From an uncultured Clostridia bacterium (GTDB taxonomy: Bacteria; Bacillota; Clostridia; Christensenellales; UBA1242), in contig CALWKA010000004.1 of NCBI GenBank assembly GCA_944381155.1, forward strand, positions 246 through 64,245: a stretch of 64,000 nt of DNA. The letters run 5' to 3'. This document shows, in pieces, positions 20,901 to 31,355 of the stretch. The position numbers were made by a program, and so were the translations under genes. Positions within the stretch are counted from its first letter, which is position 1, and each line of letters opens with the position of its first letter. A model generated the notes under the pieces. The model was not told the DNA's origin. It saw nothing but the letters and a program-made list of their open reading frames with translations, and ran no database searches.

Positions 20901-22856
20901 TCCTACTAGCACATATTCGTTGCCCATCGCATCTACGAAAATCATTCCGTCAATGACATCAATATCATACACTCCGCCCTCTTCTGCATCAACTCTAGGA
21001 GTGACGAATACGCACGCATCATAACTTCCATTAGTAATATTTACAACATCACTAAAATCTAGCGCTTCATATACAGTTTGATAAACTTGATTTTCATCTC
21101 GTTCGTATTCCACCTTTAAATTGTGAGTTTGATCTTCATCCACAAATTCAAAAGCGAGTTCTACCGGGTTGACTGTCACACCCGTGGAAGCAAAGTATGC
21201 TCCGCCATTATTGTTCACCACGAGTATTCCCAAAACTAAACTCTGAGTATCTGTCAAATTCGGAATGTTTTTAGCAATGATATTCCAAGACTTTGTCTCT
21301 CCACTTCCAATTGCACTTGCTGAATAATTAAAATCATTAGCTTTTGTGTATGATGCTGTCTGTGTGTCATAAATATAAAATTCTAGATAACTACCGCTCT
21401 TAACTGCTTGTATGCTATATGATTCGTCTGCCGAACCGACCAGGAAAGCCACACCTGTAGTACAATAGAATGTTAAGGGTTCGCCCTCAATTTCGCATGT
21501 GATAGCATTAATCATAGTCTTATTGTCGTATTTAATATTACTGAAATTACATTCAAATTCAAAAAATCTAGTTATTCCATTTGTTAAAGTTATGCTATTA
21601 TCACTAATATTAAAGTTATATGTGCCATCAAACTTTTGTTCATCAGTATCGAATCCGTCTATAGTCGCTGAATCTTGATTGAATCTGATCGTGCGAGAGC
21701 CGTCATCTGAAGTGAATACAATATCTTCCTGTATCCAATTATCAGATTCGTTCAAACCAAAATCTACTTCATTAAAACGAATTGTCGTAGATTGCCCGTC
21801 TTTTATCATATACAATTCAAGGTCGTTGTCATTTGCACCTTGCACGCCAGATTCGCCAGAGAGCGTGATATAGTTGTTGTCCGAATATAGATTGAGTCCC
21901 ACACCCGCTGAATTCATTCCAACATTTGATATCTCTGAATTGACAACATCTAAAATTAGTGTGGTGTTCACCATTTTCGACACGCGTTCAAAATATGAAT
22001 CTGTCTGGGCAGATTCGCTATTCAAATAATCTATGCGCGCTTGATATGTAGGGAAAACTGCGATCTTAAATTCATAACTGTCCGCAATTTCAGACGAAAA
22101 AGTATATATCTGCCTATCATTATCATAGTTGATAAACGGCAAACTTGAATATGTATCCTGATTGACAGGAATATAGTCAGATTCATTTGGATCATAATAA
22201 TATAGTTCCACAATCTTGCCCTCTTCCCTGCTGATAGGGTCAAGCGAATGGAGCGGTTTTGAATCAAATACGAAATCTAGTGATACATCAATGCCGATCG
22301 TAAATTCCTGCTCGCCATCGTATGCGTCAGAATCATCGTAGTCTAGATATACATTTGAAATTTCTCTATCAATCCAAATTGTCAAGTTGTTGTCAGACTG
22401 AATCTGATCGCGTGCGTCACGCGCCTGCAAAATTACTTGCCCATAGTTTTCTTGAGAAAAATCAGATTCGCTCACTGGCTTGATTGTATAATAAACATAT
22501 TCATTACATTCAATGCTATAACGATTGTTTTGAGATTGCAGTGGCTCACCTTTTTCATTGCACAAAGTGATCAAATCTGCGCCAATGTTATCCACAAAAT
22601 AAATATAACAATCTTTTTGATTGACTTCATATTCTTGATTATCTGAAAAACCATTCAAGACGAATGAATAAATCTTTTCCGAATCTTGCTCGCGATAAAC
22701 GATAGTTTGTTCATTGTCTACGAATGTCAATCTGTCTGGACGGACTTCTGGCGTTTTAAATTTACCCATCAGCGCCATAACGCCAAAAACAGCACCCACG
22801 AAAACTAGGACGCTGGCGACGACTATTCCGATTACACTAAAAATTTTTTTTGTCAT
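11940..22856 (-). CDS. giant (3638 aa) N-terminally membrane-anchored, acidic, beta-rich surface protein
   Basis: Uninterrupted 10.9 kb ORF; AGGGG SD; N-terminal TM IFSVIGIVVASVLVFVGAVFGVMALM; N/D/E/T/Y-rich; Big_2-like segment ISYSSNSPSIVDFD...IGKAVATVS. Confidence 0.9.
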   Translation of the reverse strand: MTKKIFSVIGIVVASVLVFVGAVFGVMALMGKFKTPEVRPDRLTFVDNEQTIVYREQDSEKIYSFVLNGFSDNQEYEVNQKDCYIYFVDNIGADLITLCNEKGEPLQSQNNRYSIECNEYVYYTIKPVSESDFSQENYGQVILQARDARDQIQSDNNLTIWIDREISNVYLDYDDSDAYDGEQEFTIGIDVSLDFVFDSKPLHSLDPISREEGKIVELYYYDPNESDYIPVNQDTYSSLPFINYDNDRQIYTFSSEIADSYEFKIAVFPTYQARIDYLNSESAQTDSYFERVSKMVNTTLILDVVNSEISNVGMNSAGVGLNLYSDNNYITLSGESGVQGANDNDLELYMIKDGQSTTIRFNEVDFGLNESDNWIQEDIVFTSDDGSRTIRFNQDSATIDGFDTDEQKFDGTYNFNISDNSITLTNGITRFFEFECNFSNIKYDNKTMINAITCEIEGEPLTFYCTTGVAFLVGSADESYSIQAVKSGSYLEFYIYDTQTASYTKANDFNYSASAIGSGETKSWNIIAKNIPNLTDTQSLVLGILVVNNNGGAYFASTGVTVNPVELAFEFVDEDQTHNLKVEYERDENQVYQTVYEALDFSDVVNITNGSYDACVFVTPRVDAEEGGVYDIDVIDGMIFVDAMGNEYVLVGYMQGTQYVNKVRVRQGAKNSGTPIYMLQLRNEYNQTTDEYIQSVLENESNNIVLRYSIQMTEVEGEVNRRYLNVTIDDEGLNATLTDGSANISNVAVVNNELVVTIGNEDYICTFESVSKNNGDVCLANRYEDVEEIADVVNSYITDARRVTINVDYALITDEISFNYNPGSENGDNDPEGDQFISISDGDVYVVENTAEHLLIISSNVPNMLKNIFNAGGFDIENVHINMYNSSDTLVSENSNALDVQGLDFSADSLILRYNSNSALSNRDSYLKIVLEYNDLQIITDSKIYIESTMATNIQFKYKIDDTDQVRTISLAQTPDDAKSSSFYIEVEISYSTQDGGYVYTYFIVDENIRKEILATELSDKLFNSSSSGAIEEGFQVLPAITGIEKNISYSSNSPSIVDFDEENNNLIIKKIGKAVATVSCDDIIRYFAISVVSKQYNEESAFTLTDITRLGTGETEELSVNLSDYITYTYNDSGTNIDLITNSQFVSLENVDVVQFGGNSELEVVENEGNIYIMEPDYNITGDGSITDEYIVLKIENVDNSWKFTRVNYLYAVLVISFDINVKTNETISFELTFTSSIEINFNSDWEKFYAGTTVLLYEEYSDTETSKNNPVFGIKNSTDEGSITCQVDINNSQSPTNINYTFSEVGTYRFSFLYNDSELASYTITVLPNVIAQIVASEFEGGETYDYSEFVSLKSFKTGVVYGLSGVGIYPQTDTYLVDYTDYTNLDLTLQSGTIISLDENKFSIGWIENIGESLTENIRISYSYQVNNADRSIDLLETQVTLKNAYEISRGTEDTGIPNYVDNIYNIMSNIRYNSFINIADNTQFKLISLQTDIEGVEFNTNENTFKLITNLEQIYDNVVLIFTFEDEGSGKKLIYSTASDTQFSVRLLPLAPDEENNVEAYSGNSSNAFDLLNKLYNVKDLLNDLEDNTIITSILVTGVSDDSIFADTAFLGSGYMNGENNGAYAVINEIDGNSATITITYTITYNDGKSYEFKRDLQIKNRQYLTITTPFKDDTLTGTTTSFVFVGDDPAQDAENLLGTRQNENIYQITIQKIGLIDYYFEPVNIGQTINFRYDEIQSVGRVSIFNSADRSVATDADFTIELVARQNNANTSNYYNNNQIVINNDDKSVIFNQHSSFGSNTYGYFIFKLTSNSGAVAYYFVYLYNQTNTAYNNVDYTNVYTLNSGENFDTNDENQFLNANTLLGVTIDQDFFNDHFDASINYSSVDFYLLDAEMLDGDYFGMISVLSETADNETDKANFGYGRYSKIDDKFIPAISNYTHLKIGMIFNSGTVKFYIGTIEAYVLPAYKESVNTDSGISEKINGIETGEYTKTLTTDMSKFDIPFVGVTPRSNVTDDQRDIGGSWTAEIEAGEGKFVYESNSISLNGKTIVSIINNTTINLESYVNYEDLEFVVRYIFSYGENQFVLKVHYTYEQIGINTNPQTVTVGNFVSSGASGGDSYFNNRLDLSTIVGNYKKKIIIAQDGTDKAEIDLSNTQLTTKDIITFTNGCDMRYVYENGNHYLEFEQTTSDYVGQFEIIFNDVFDENNSRYSKTITANVLSGLYYSQPQSGSGYSEDNPQLSDLIVDNQYHSSIGSQITINSSSNAEVTRYYFGGLNIYTNVASSLEITFSDNSYVTNLLDSGKLNISTQGTINFTHTAQDKVLTLNINVLSGGDYYQRGGAPVTINYYVNVQRSYAGLVASYYTVGATHENVVSGYSISDIRTQLFNDISDPAAYDVGDAKVNKDNIINQKRIALIDLENNSTLSYSAADMGFTTPDNPNYITFTASEGASMPATGNSLNFSTVSTNTLSNLYLANSAGVANVVYAYQIMSSTEYRDRLDYQLDTNGEDDINENEYVSLLIEDKVEGTPLVYGETTTDNGQTVMLGNHIATLSDGNNSAFYITSINITIDDSTVRDYDIYKSDRVESSNYPDDIVYIISGINGANMTLTIRLGAGRQLYVGLQRNNGSLFDEMTITLTLFGDSGNLITRYEGGGFSSRNLEIKFFNYSLESEFDTNYDSIYAGNYIDLSQKIAITSNAKNASISLSNATLVTGNSEGASSYMISGNRHYIQNTNNNIFDYGENASSNLIMTKAVGVNINVNLIFNVAVGGYFIGYIQYNFTLRPNFEFRVNGSPISSGYDDFYTNYIFLTSEKLNSGDFPYSEDLSRFETRNTIIPYNAENYNTDLMLELYSADGSNRKITDTNNVSITESSSWGTGYFTIDGLNLTFKKDLSGLIILRLNINLRENGVYTIYWNINVLGFVTLQYRSATGENGILTHTSGEAFASGESVDIIYSSSGDGTGIIMSDTNGTLLETPSIANNFAMGEITVDYVVVPFTETIDADQLFNAGSAYSVTLANDVINAILTANIASLTLPSVAQSSGPNYDYYNVIYRLSFTYLGQTTDNYYVTYKVYNSASVNVNSDFTIVDVDNDLSGEYLLDLFYYEERYESTSGDDEVILRLNEDKEIVAYLNGNGPYERDGNSTTNYKNGMTITSNNYVYTITLPGGTSFTANRSTTTYNAEFDVTGSIINGSVFSSEYSNIDNFYTFINSVESVRLSDMTGFTSTDYSEIYYQLIYIGDGGFGIDLSDPKINSGLGSDYPNSKLFNNELIADLDVMASGNPIVHIEKYDADTNLGFKLTTTEAIVPKGQFRVRDIFLPTQCDSTSYLDYIVVGAGTPNSNWANNANSVDELGDSVGAIDVNGKKYNLQQLTFTGGSSDLLYNLTTDKYYAITSSPIVTVDYGTNIQSYFFQVNYTHNSDPAVLDLIGKFATYQNVGGAFTKIPYTGSGSDVLGSIQEVEAEGKSYSDENSLAITVTKETLRKYKRDNPTKTALTLNYNVKYKGVDLTFRVDFQLPEYPYVETTLTADGEIPVNILGDYLNVYDSDGVLVALTDDNKEIISSIVENNTNYISEIKSNNNVYTGEIVLNRAEVEQYFADYPSENHLEIVLTLTTGNAFGTQHELQFSIIVNRSV

Positions 22857-22953
22857 TTTCCCCTACCTAAATACTTTTTCTTTGGATAACTGATGTAAAG
22901 TTGTGAAAATTTCACTCACTTCAATCTTATTATCTACAAATTCCTACAAAATA

Positions 22954-22982
22954 ATTATATATTTTTAAATCAATGCTGTCAA
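22954..22982 (-). promoter_or_regulatory. perfect consensus sigma-A promoter of giant gene
   Basis: TTGACA (22982-22977), 17 nt, TATAAT (22959-22954). Confidence 0.85.
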
Positions 22983-23451
22983 ATGAAACAAAATAAATTA
23001 TTATTTATTTCTAAACATAAATTTTTGCATAAACATTCAAAATAATATAATGCAAACAAATACTAAACTAATTTGAATCTTTTATAATATCAAATCATTA
23101 ACGCGCCAAAAATATAAACTAACAAAATTATAAATCAAAAAAATTTTAAATTAAAAACCCGAGCCACCTAAAAATTTTTACACTTAAAAACATTTTTACT
23201 TCATTATTATCGCAAACAAAATAAGTTTATGTTTTGTTCATTCAAATTTATCCATCCATAATAAATGATGCCTTCACACAGATTGATAAAAAAAGGAAGA
23301 CTATTTTTTAGTTTCCCATTTTAAAATAAAAAATTAAAAAAATATGTTTATTAAAAAAGACAATGAAAACATTATAAAAATATTATCCTTCATTCAAAAA
23401 AATTAAAAAATTTATAAAAATTAATAAAAAACTCGAAAAAACTTTAATTTT

Positions 23452-24303
23452 TTAGTGATTTTTATCAATTTTTTCCAAAATATTGAAAATTTTTATGAAA
23501 TTGTCCACGCCAATTTGTTCAGGTCGCACCATTTGAGAATACCCTAATTCATCCAAAATTGAATAAATTATTTCTTTTGAATATTCAGTTTTCAAATTGT
23601 TAACAAATGTTTTTCTTCGCATCGAAAATGCAAGGTGAACAAATTTTTTGAAGCCTTCAAAATTTTTAATATTATATCTATTATGCGGACGGAGTTTGCA
23701 TAGCGCACTATCCACTTTTGGTTGCGGAGTGAAGCACTCTTTTTTCACTATGCGCGGAATTGATACATCAAAAATCGACTGCAATATCACGCTAGTAATT
23801 CCATAATCTTTGCTGTCACATTTGCTAGCGAATCTAACCGCCACTTCTTTTTGGACAAGCAACAAAATGCTATCGAATTTTTCAATATGATCCAATAGTT
23901 TAAACACTATCGGAGTCGTGATATAGTATGGAATATTCGCCACTATCTTTGCCTTGCCTTCAAATAGATTGTCAATATCACACTCCATAAAGTCTGAAAA
24001 ATGAAATTCAATATTTTTGCGTTCACCTGCCAAATCGTTTAATGTTGGAATTAGCGACTTGTCTACTTCAAATGAGATAACCTTTTTTGCCACTATAGAC
24101 AATTGCCTTGTTAAGCTCCCCGCGCCCGCACCAATCTCTATGACTAAATCATCTTTTGTCACTTCACCGTCTGAAACAATTGCTTTCAACAAATTGGTAT
24201 CAAAAAGAAAATTTTGACCTAAACTTTTTTTGAAATTGAAGTTAGAATCGTCAATTTTTTGTATTTTTTTCACTTTTTTCTCTGTTTTTTCGATATTTTT
24301 CAA
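23452..24303 (-). CDS. rsmA: 16S rRNA m6(2)A1518/1519 dimethyltransferase
   Basis: KKSLGQNFL, EIGAGAG, VANIPYYITTP, QKEVA, FTPQPKVDSA, RRKT; TTG start with AGGAG SD. Confidence 0.96.
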   Translation of the reverse strand: MKNIEKTEKKVKKIQKIDDSNFNFKKSLGQNFLFDTNLLKAIVSDGEVTKDDLVIEIGAGAGSLTRQLSIVAKKVISFEVDKSLIPTLNDLAGERKNIEFHFSDFMECDIDNLFEGKAKIVANIPYYITTPIVFKLLDHIEKFDSILLLVQKEVAVRFASKCDSKDYGITSVILQSIFDVSIPRIVKKECFTPQPKVDSALCKLRPHNRYNIKNFEGFKKFVHLAFSMRRKTFVNNLKTEYSKEIIYSILDELGYSQMVRPEQIGVDNFIKIFNILEKIDKNH

Positions 24304-24366
24304 CTTTTTTCTCCTATTTTTTGTTTTTTTATTGACTTTAACTACATTTTATGCTATCATAATAAT

Positions 24367-24414
24367 ATACAAAAGAAGTTCAAATGACAAGGCTGGCGTT
24401 TGCCAGTTTTTTTT
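24367..24414 (+). ncRNA. candidate ~45-nt small RNA (promoter-to-terminator unit)
   Basis: TTGACT (24332), 17 nt, TGcTATCAT (-10 at 24355-24360); CTGGC-gttt-GCCAG hairpin plus T8. Confidence 0.4.
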
Positions 24415-24644
24415 ATTCAAATGCTTTTTATCATAACTTTATAAAAATATATATTGATTAATCTTGATATTGTAATATTTAGTTTTTTAATAAAAAATAT
24501 AATAAAAAATATGAATATATATTGATCTTGTATACGACCATTATTGAAATTTAGTTGTAAAAAAAATTGATTTTTACTATGTTTTATTCTATCATAATCG
24601 TTGCTCATTGTCAAATATTGATATCATCTTATACTTTCAAATAG

Positions 24645-24997
24645 TTGACAAAAAATTTGAAATATGCTAGCATCACTATGAGAAACGCTATATAAGTTTG
24701 AGGAGTAGCTAACAAACGCCTTTCAGAGAGAATTGCATTTGCTGGAAGCAATTTAGGAAAGTTATTAGCGAAGGTAGCAAACGAGTTCAGACGAAGAAGA
24801 ATAGTAGATCGTCTGCGTAGTTGAAAAGATACGTCAGTTTGAAATGAGAAGTGCATACAAATTAAAATCATATTAAATATTTTGCTTTAAAATAAGTTTA
24901 CATTATACGGCTTTTAATCATAATTAAATATCTATATGCACTTGAAGTAAGGTGGTACCACGATAAATTCGTCCTTGCATTTTGCAAGATTTTTTTA
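24645..24997 (+). promoter_or_regulatory. sigma-A promoter and Val T-box riboswitch leader
   Basis: TTGACA-17-TAGCAT; AGAGA and GCTGGAA stem-I motifs; putative specifier GTA (Val) at 24774-24776; T-box AAGGTGGTACCACG at 24949-24962; terminator CTTGCA-ttt-TGCAAG plus T-run; precedes valS. Confidence 0.92.
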
Positions 24998-25013
24998 TTT
25001 TTAAGGAGATTTT

Positions 25014-27641
25014 ATGTTAGACAAAACTTACGAACCTCAAAACAAAGAAAATAAAATTTACAAAAAATGGGAAGAAAATCATTGTTTCAAACCTTTTTCA
25101 GATTTTTCAAAAGATTCAAGCAAAGAAAATTTTTCAATCATTATGCCCCCACCAAACATCACAGGTCAACTCCACATTGGGCACGCGCTCAACAACACCA
25201 CGCAAGATTTTTTGATTAGATTTAAGCGTATGAAAGGATTCAACACCCTTTGGATCCCAGGCACTGATCACGCTTCAATCGCTACCGAAGTAAAAATAAT
25301 TGAAGCCTTGAAAAAAGAAGGACTTTCAAAAGAAAAATTGGGTAGAGATGAATTTTTGAAACGCGCTTGGGAATGGAATGATAAATTTGGTGGACGCATA
25401 AAATTGCAGTTGAAGACATTGGGTTGCAGTTGCGACTGGGACAGATGTGCATTTACTATGGATGAAAAAAGGCAAAAATCTGTTTTGTATGTTTTCAAAA
25501 AATTGTACGACGAAGGACTGATTTATCGCGGAGAAAAATTGATCAACTGGTGCCCTACTTGCAAAACCGCTCTATCCGATGCAGAAGTTGAACATATTGA
25601 TGAAAATTCTAGCTTGTGGTATATCAGATATCCGTATGCTGACAATAGCGGTTATTTGGTCGTTGCCACCACCCGTCCTGAAACGATTTTTGGCGATGTT
25701 TGCGTCGCTGTCAATCCGAATGACGATAGGTACAAAGACAAGATTGGAAAAGAAGTCATCCTTCCTATTATTAACAAAAAAATTCGCGTCATTTCAGACG
25801 ACTATGTGGAAAAAGATTTTGGTACAGGCGTTGTGAAAATCACTCCTGCGCACGATTTTAACGATTATGAAGTGGGCAAGCGCCACGGCTTTGATCCGAT
25901 TAAAATTATGAATTTGGATGGCACAATGAATGAAAATTGTGGAAAATATGCCAATTTAGATAGATATGCTTGTAGAAAGCAATTGGTTGAAGATTTAAAA
26001 GCTGTTGGCTTAATCGAAAAAATTGAACCGTACAATCTCCCAAAAGCCACTTGTTATAGATGCCATAATGCGGTTGAACCTATGATGAGCAAACAATGGT
26101 TTATGAATATGCAAGATATGGCAAAATCTGGCTTGGAAGCAATTGACAATGACGAACTTGAAATCGTGCCAAACAGAGTGCAAAAAATATATAGAAATTG
26201 GCTTGAAAATATCAAAGATTGGTGCATCTCGCGTCAATTGTGGTGGGGACACAGAATCCCCGCATACTATTGCAAAGATTGTGGCAACACTATGGTAGAA
26301 ATAAATACTCCGCTAGTTTGCAACAAATGTGGTGGCAAAAATATTGAGCAAGATCCGGATGTGTTGGATACCTGGTTCAGTTCTGCCCTGTGGCCATTCT
26401 CCACAATGGGATATCCAGATGAAACTGACGATTTGAAAACTTTCTTCCCTACTTCAATTTTGGTGACTGCTCAAGATATTATATTCTTCTGGGTTGCTCG
26501 TATGGTGATGTTGTCAAAAAAGATTATGGGCAAGACGCCATTTAGCAAAGTGTTAATCAATGGAATTGTCCGTGATGACGAAGGCAAGAAAATGAGCAAG
26601 TCTTCAAACAATGGCGTGGATCCTATAGAGATTATTGAAAAATACGGTGCAGATTCTTTGCGACTATCGCTAATGTTTGGTAATGGCACGGGCAACGATT
26701 TCAGATTCAGTGAAGAAAAAATATTGGAGGACAGAAAATTCATCAACAAAGTATTCAATTCTGGCAAATTCTTGGAATTAGTTTTGAGTCAAACGACAGA
26801 GTCAAAATTAGACACTTCTAAATTGAACATTTTTGACAAATGGATATATTCAAAATTGTATGAAACAATCGATGAGATAAATAAACTTGTCGACAATTTG
26901 GATGTATGTCAAGCGGTGAATAAAATGTACTCGTTCGTATGGGACGAATTCTGCAATTATTATCTCGAATTTTCAAAACCTTATGTGTATAGCGAAGATC
27001 TAAAAATTCGTAGCAGTGCGTGTGCAATTTTGAAAGATGTTTATTTGAATATTTTAAAATTGTTGCACCCTATCATCCCTTTCATTACCGAAGATATATA
27101 TTCGAATTTTACAAATGAATTGTTGATCAATCAAAGCTATGCTTCTTCTATTGGATATTTCAAAAAAGAAAGCGAAGATGTAGAAAAAATTATTTCACTA
27201 ATTCAAAAAATAAGAGAAACAAGATTAAGTTTCAATGTCACTCCTTCAAAAAGAATTACGCTAGTTGTAGACAAAAATAATATTTCAGAAAATAGTTTGA
27301 ATATTATAAACGAGGCAAAATTAGTTTTATCAAAAATGACCAATATCGAAAAGATTGATATTTCAGAAAATATTGATAATGACGACATAAAATTTGTAAG
27401 CGAATTGGGAGAATTTTATTTCTACAAAAATGAAATTGTTGACACAGAAAAAGAACGCGAAAAAATTAATAAAGATATTGAAAAAATCAATTCCGAATTG
27501 AAGATTTTGGAAACTAGAATTCTCAATCCAAATTTTGTATCGCGTGCTCCTAAAGCTCTAGTAGAAAAAGAAAAGTCAAGATATGATTATTTATTGAATA
27601 GCAAAAATTCATTATTGGAAAAATTAAAAAATTTAAAATAA
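25014..27641 (+). CDS. valS: valine--tRNA ligase
   Basis: PPPNITGQLHIGH, GTDHASIAT, DWCISRQLWWGHRIP, KMSKS, C-terminal coiled coil; Val T-box upstream. Confidence 0.98.
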   Translation: MLDKTYEPQNKENKIYKKWEENHCFKPFSDFSKDSSKENFSIIMPPPNITGQLHIGHALNNTTQDFLIRFKRMKGFNTLWIPGTDHASIATEVKIIEALKKEGLSKEKLGRDEFLKRAWEWNDKFGGRIKLQLKTLGCSCDWDRCAFTMDEKRQKSVLYVFKKLYDEGLIYRGEKLINWCPTCKTALSDAEVEHIDENSSLWYIRYPYADNSGYLVVATTRPETIFGDVCVAVNPNDDRYKDKIGKEVILPIINKKIRVISDDYVEKDFGTGVVKITPAHDFNDYEVGKRHGFDPIKIMNLDGTMNENCGKYANLDRYACRKQLVEDLKAVGLIEKIEPYNLPKATCYRCHNAVEPMMSKQWFMNMQDMAKSGLEAIDNDELEIVPNRVQKIYRNWLENIKDWCISRQLWWGHRIPAYYCKDCGNTMVEINTPLVCNKCGGKNIEQDPDVLDTWFSSALWPFSTMGYPDETDDLKTFFPTSILVTAQDIIFFWVARMVMLSKKIMGKTPFSKVLINGIVRDDEGKKMSKSSNNGVDPIEIIEKYGADSLRLSLMFGNGTGNDFRFSEEKILEDRKFINKVFNSGKFLELVLSQTTESKLDTSKLNIFDKWIYSKLYETIDEINKLVDNLDVCQAVNKMYSFVWDEFCNYYLEFSKPYVYSEDLKIRSSACAILKDVYLNILKLLHPIIPFITEDIYSNFTNELLINQSYASSIGYFKKESEDVEKIISLIQKIRETRLSFNVTPSKRITLVVDKNNISENSLNIINEAKLVLSKMTNIEKIDISENIDNDDIKFVSELGEFYFYKNEIVDTEKEREKINKDIEKINSELKILETRILNPNFVSRAPKALVEKEKSRYDYLLNSKNSLLEKLKNLK

Positions 27642-27655
27642 TTTTAAAATTTATC

Positions 27656-27686
27656 AAAAAAATGTGCAAAATTTGCACATTTTTTT
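27656..27686. terminator. bidirectional intrinsic terminator after valS
   Basis: AAAAAAATGTGCAAA-a-TTTGCACATTTTTTT. Confidence 0.85.
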
Positions 27687-28024
27687 CATTTTTTTTGATA
27701 TTTTTTATGTTTTTTATAATTTTTAATTTTTTTGTTTTTATTCCATTTTTCAATTTTTATTATAGTTTTAGTTTTTTATTTTTTGTATATTTTTATTTTA
27801 ATTTGTTCTTGCATCTTTTTTATATTTTACTATTTTAATATTTTTATTTTTTTCAATTTTTTATAATTTATTTTTTTAATTTTTTATAATCTTTATATTT
27901 ATAATTTATTTTTTATTTTCTATAATTTTTTTTAATTTAATTTTTTTATTTCAAAATTAATAAAACAATTAAAAAATTTGTAAATTTTATTTTTAATTTT
28001 TATTAGATAAGATCAAAATATTTT

Positions 28025-29907
<1,883 letters not shown>

Positions 29908-30001
29908 TTTCCCTCCTCGTTCAATTATACGCGCCGATGTCAATATTTTTTCACATAACTGACATTTTTCATAAAATTTATTTTTTCATAATAAAATAAG
30001 T

Positions 30002-30745
30002 ATGCAATCGTACGAATTTGATTATTACCAATATAGGAAAAAGATAAACACACCAAAAAAAACAAATTTCTTTTTGCTATCCTTTTTTATTCTGATATTG
30101 CTGGGCGTAGCAATGTTTTTTTATCCTAATGCAAGTGCAAAAAACGAATATTATTTCGTAGAGATAAATTCATTTTTGTCGTACAGCGAAGCGAACGATT
30201 TAGCAAATACTATCAGTGCGCTCAATGGTGCAGGCTATGTTTATTATGACGGAACATACCGCGTCTTTGCATCCTTTTATCCCCGCAAAAAAGACGCAGA
30301 GAGCGTATGCGAAAATTTGAAATCTGACTACCCAACAGTGACTATATACACGCTTGAATGCAACAAATTTTATAAATTAAACGATCTATCAAACGATCAA
30401 AATAAGTGCGTAGAAAATTTACTATCTGCCAATCATAATTTGATAAATGCAGTGTATAAATGTATTATAAATTTTGATACTAATGAAATAAATGTTAATG
30501 AACTATTACTGAATTTGAAAAATTTGAAATCAGATTATCAAAAATTTAGTGACGATTTTTTTGAACAATTCAACACGAATTCAAAATATAATAAAGCGAA
30601 AAAATATGTTGCAAAAATCGAAAGTGCAACCAACTTTTTTGACGAATTAAAAAAAGAAGAAAACGATCATATCGTATCTCAAAAATTGAAGTACACGCTA
30701 ATTGACATTGTAATCAATCACTCCATACTATTAAATTCTTTTTAA
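30002..30745 (+). CDS. hypothetical membrane-anchored protein with SPOR-like segment
   Basis: N-terminal TM; F.S..EA..LA...GAGYV..DG.YRV...Y....DAE.V pattern. Confidence 0.65.
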   Translation: MQSYEFDYYQYRKKINTPKKTNFFLLSFFILILLGVAMFFYPNASAKNEYYFVEINSFLSYSEANDLANTISALNGAGYVYYDGTYRVFASFYPRKKDAESVCENLKSDYPTVTIYTLECNKFYKLNDLSNDQNKCVENLLSANHNLINAVYKCIINFDTNEINVNELLLNLKNLKSDYQKFSDDFFEQFNTNSKYNKAKKYVAKIESATNFFDELKKEENDHIVSQKLKYTLIDIVINHSILLNSF

Positions 30746-30937
30746 AAATAGCATAATTGTTTTTTACTAAAAGAAAATAAAAATCTACAAAATAATTTAT
30801 AAAATCAATATTTTTTATAAAAATTTTTGTTTTTTTCAAAGAAAAACGCGAAAAATTGCATATTTTTTATCAATTTTACAAATTTTTTTATTTTTTATAT
30901 CCTTTTCATTTTAAAATCTGCACACCTAATTTCATCT

Positions 30938-31351
30938 TTAATTTGAATTGATGTTTTCTTTTTGATTTTCTGTCTCTTTCGATTTTTCTTTCTTTGCTTT
31001 TATCATCTCCACAATTTGCCAAATAGCAAGCCCTATTAAAAATATGGCAAACAATTTTTTCAATAGAGAATTTGATATATGATTGGCAAGCAGTGCTCCG
31101 CCCAAAGAAAATATACACCCAACTAGCGCAAGCAACCACGCCTGTTTAAAAGCCACTAAATGATTTTTTATATGTATGACGAGCGCGATTATTGACATTG
31201 GTAAAAACGCTATCAAATTTATTCCTTGTGCGGTAAGTTGCTCATACTTCAAAAAAATGGTGAGAATGGGTATAGTCAGTGTTCCGCCACCCATTCCCAT
31301 TCCGCCAATAATTCCACCTAAAATTCCTGCTATTATTTCCCAAAAAATCAT
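30938..31351 (-). CDS. TauE/SafE family membrane protein (half-size)
   Basis: GGMGMGGGTL.IP motif, AQGINL; 4 TM. Confidence 0.85.
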   Translation of the reverse strand: MIFWEIIAGILGGIIGGMGMGGGTLTIPILTIFLKYEQLTAQGINLIAFLPMSIIALVIHIKNHLVAFKQAWLLALVGCIFSLGGALLANHISNSLLKKLFAIFLIGLAIWQIVEMIKAKKEKSKETENQKENINSN

Positions 31352-31355
31352 ATGT

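Noticed and set aside
24417-24871. Short minus-strand ORFs (65 and 80 aa)
   Set aside because: They overlap the valS promoter/T-box and AT-rich spacer; no protein-like signal.
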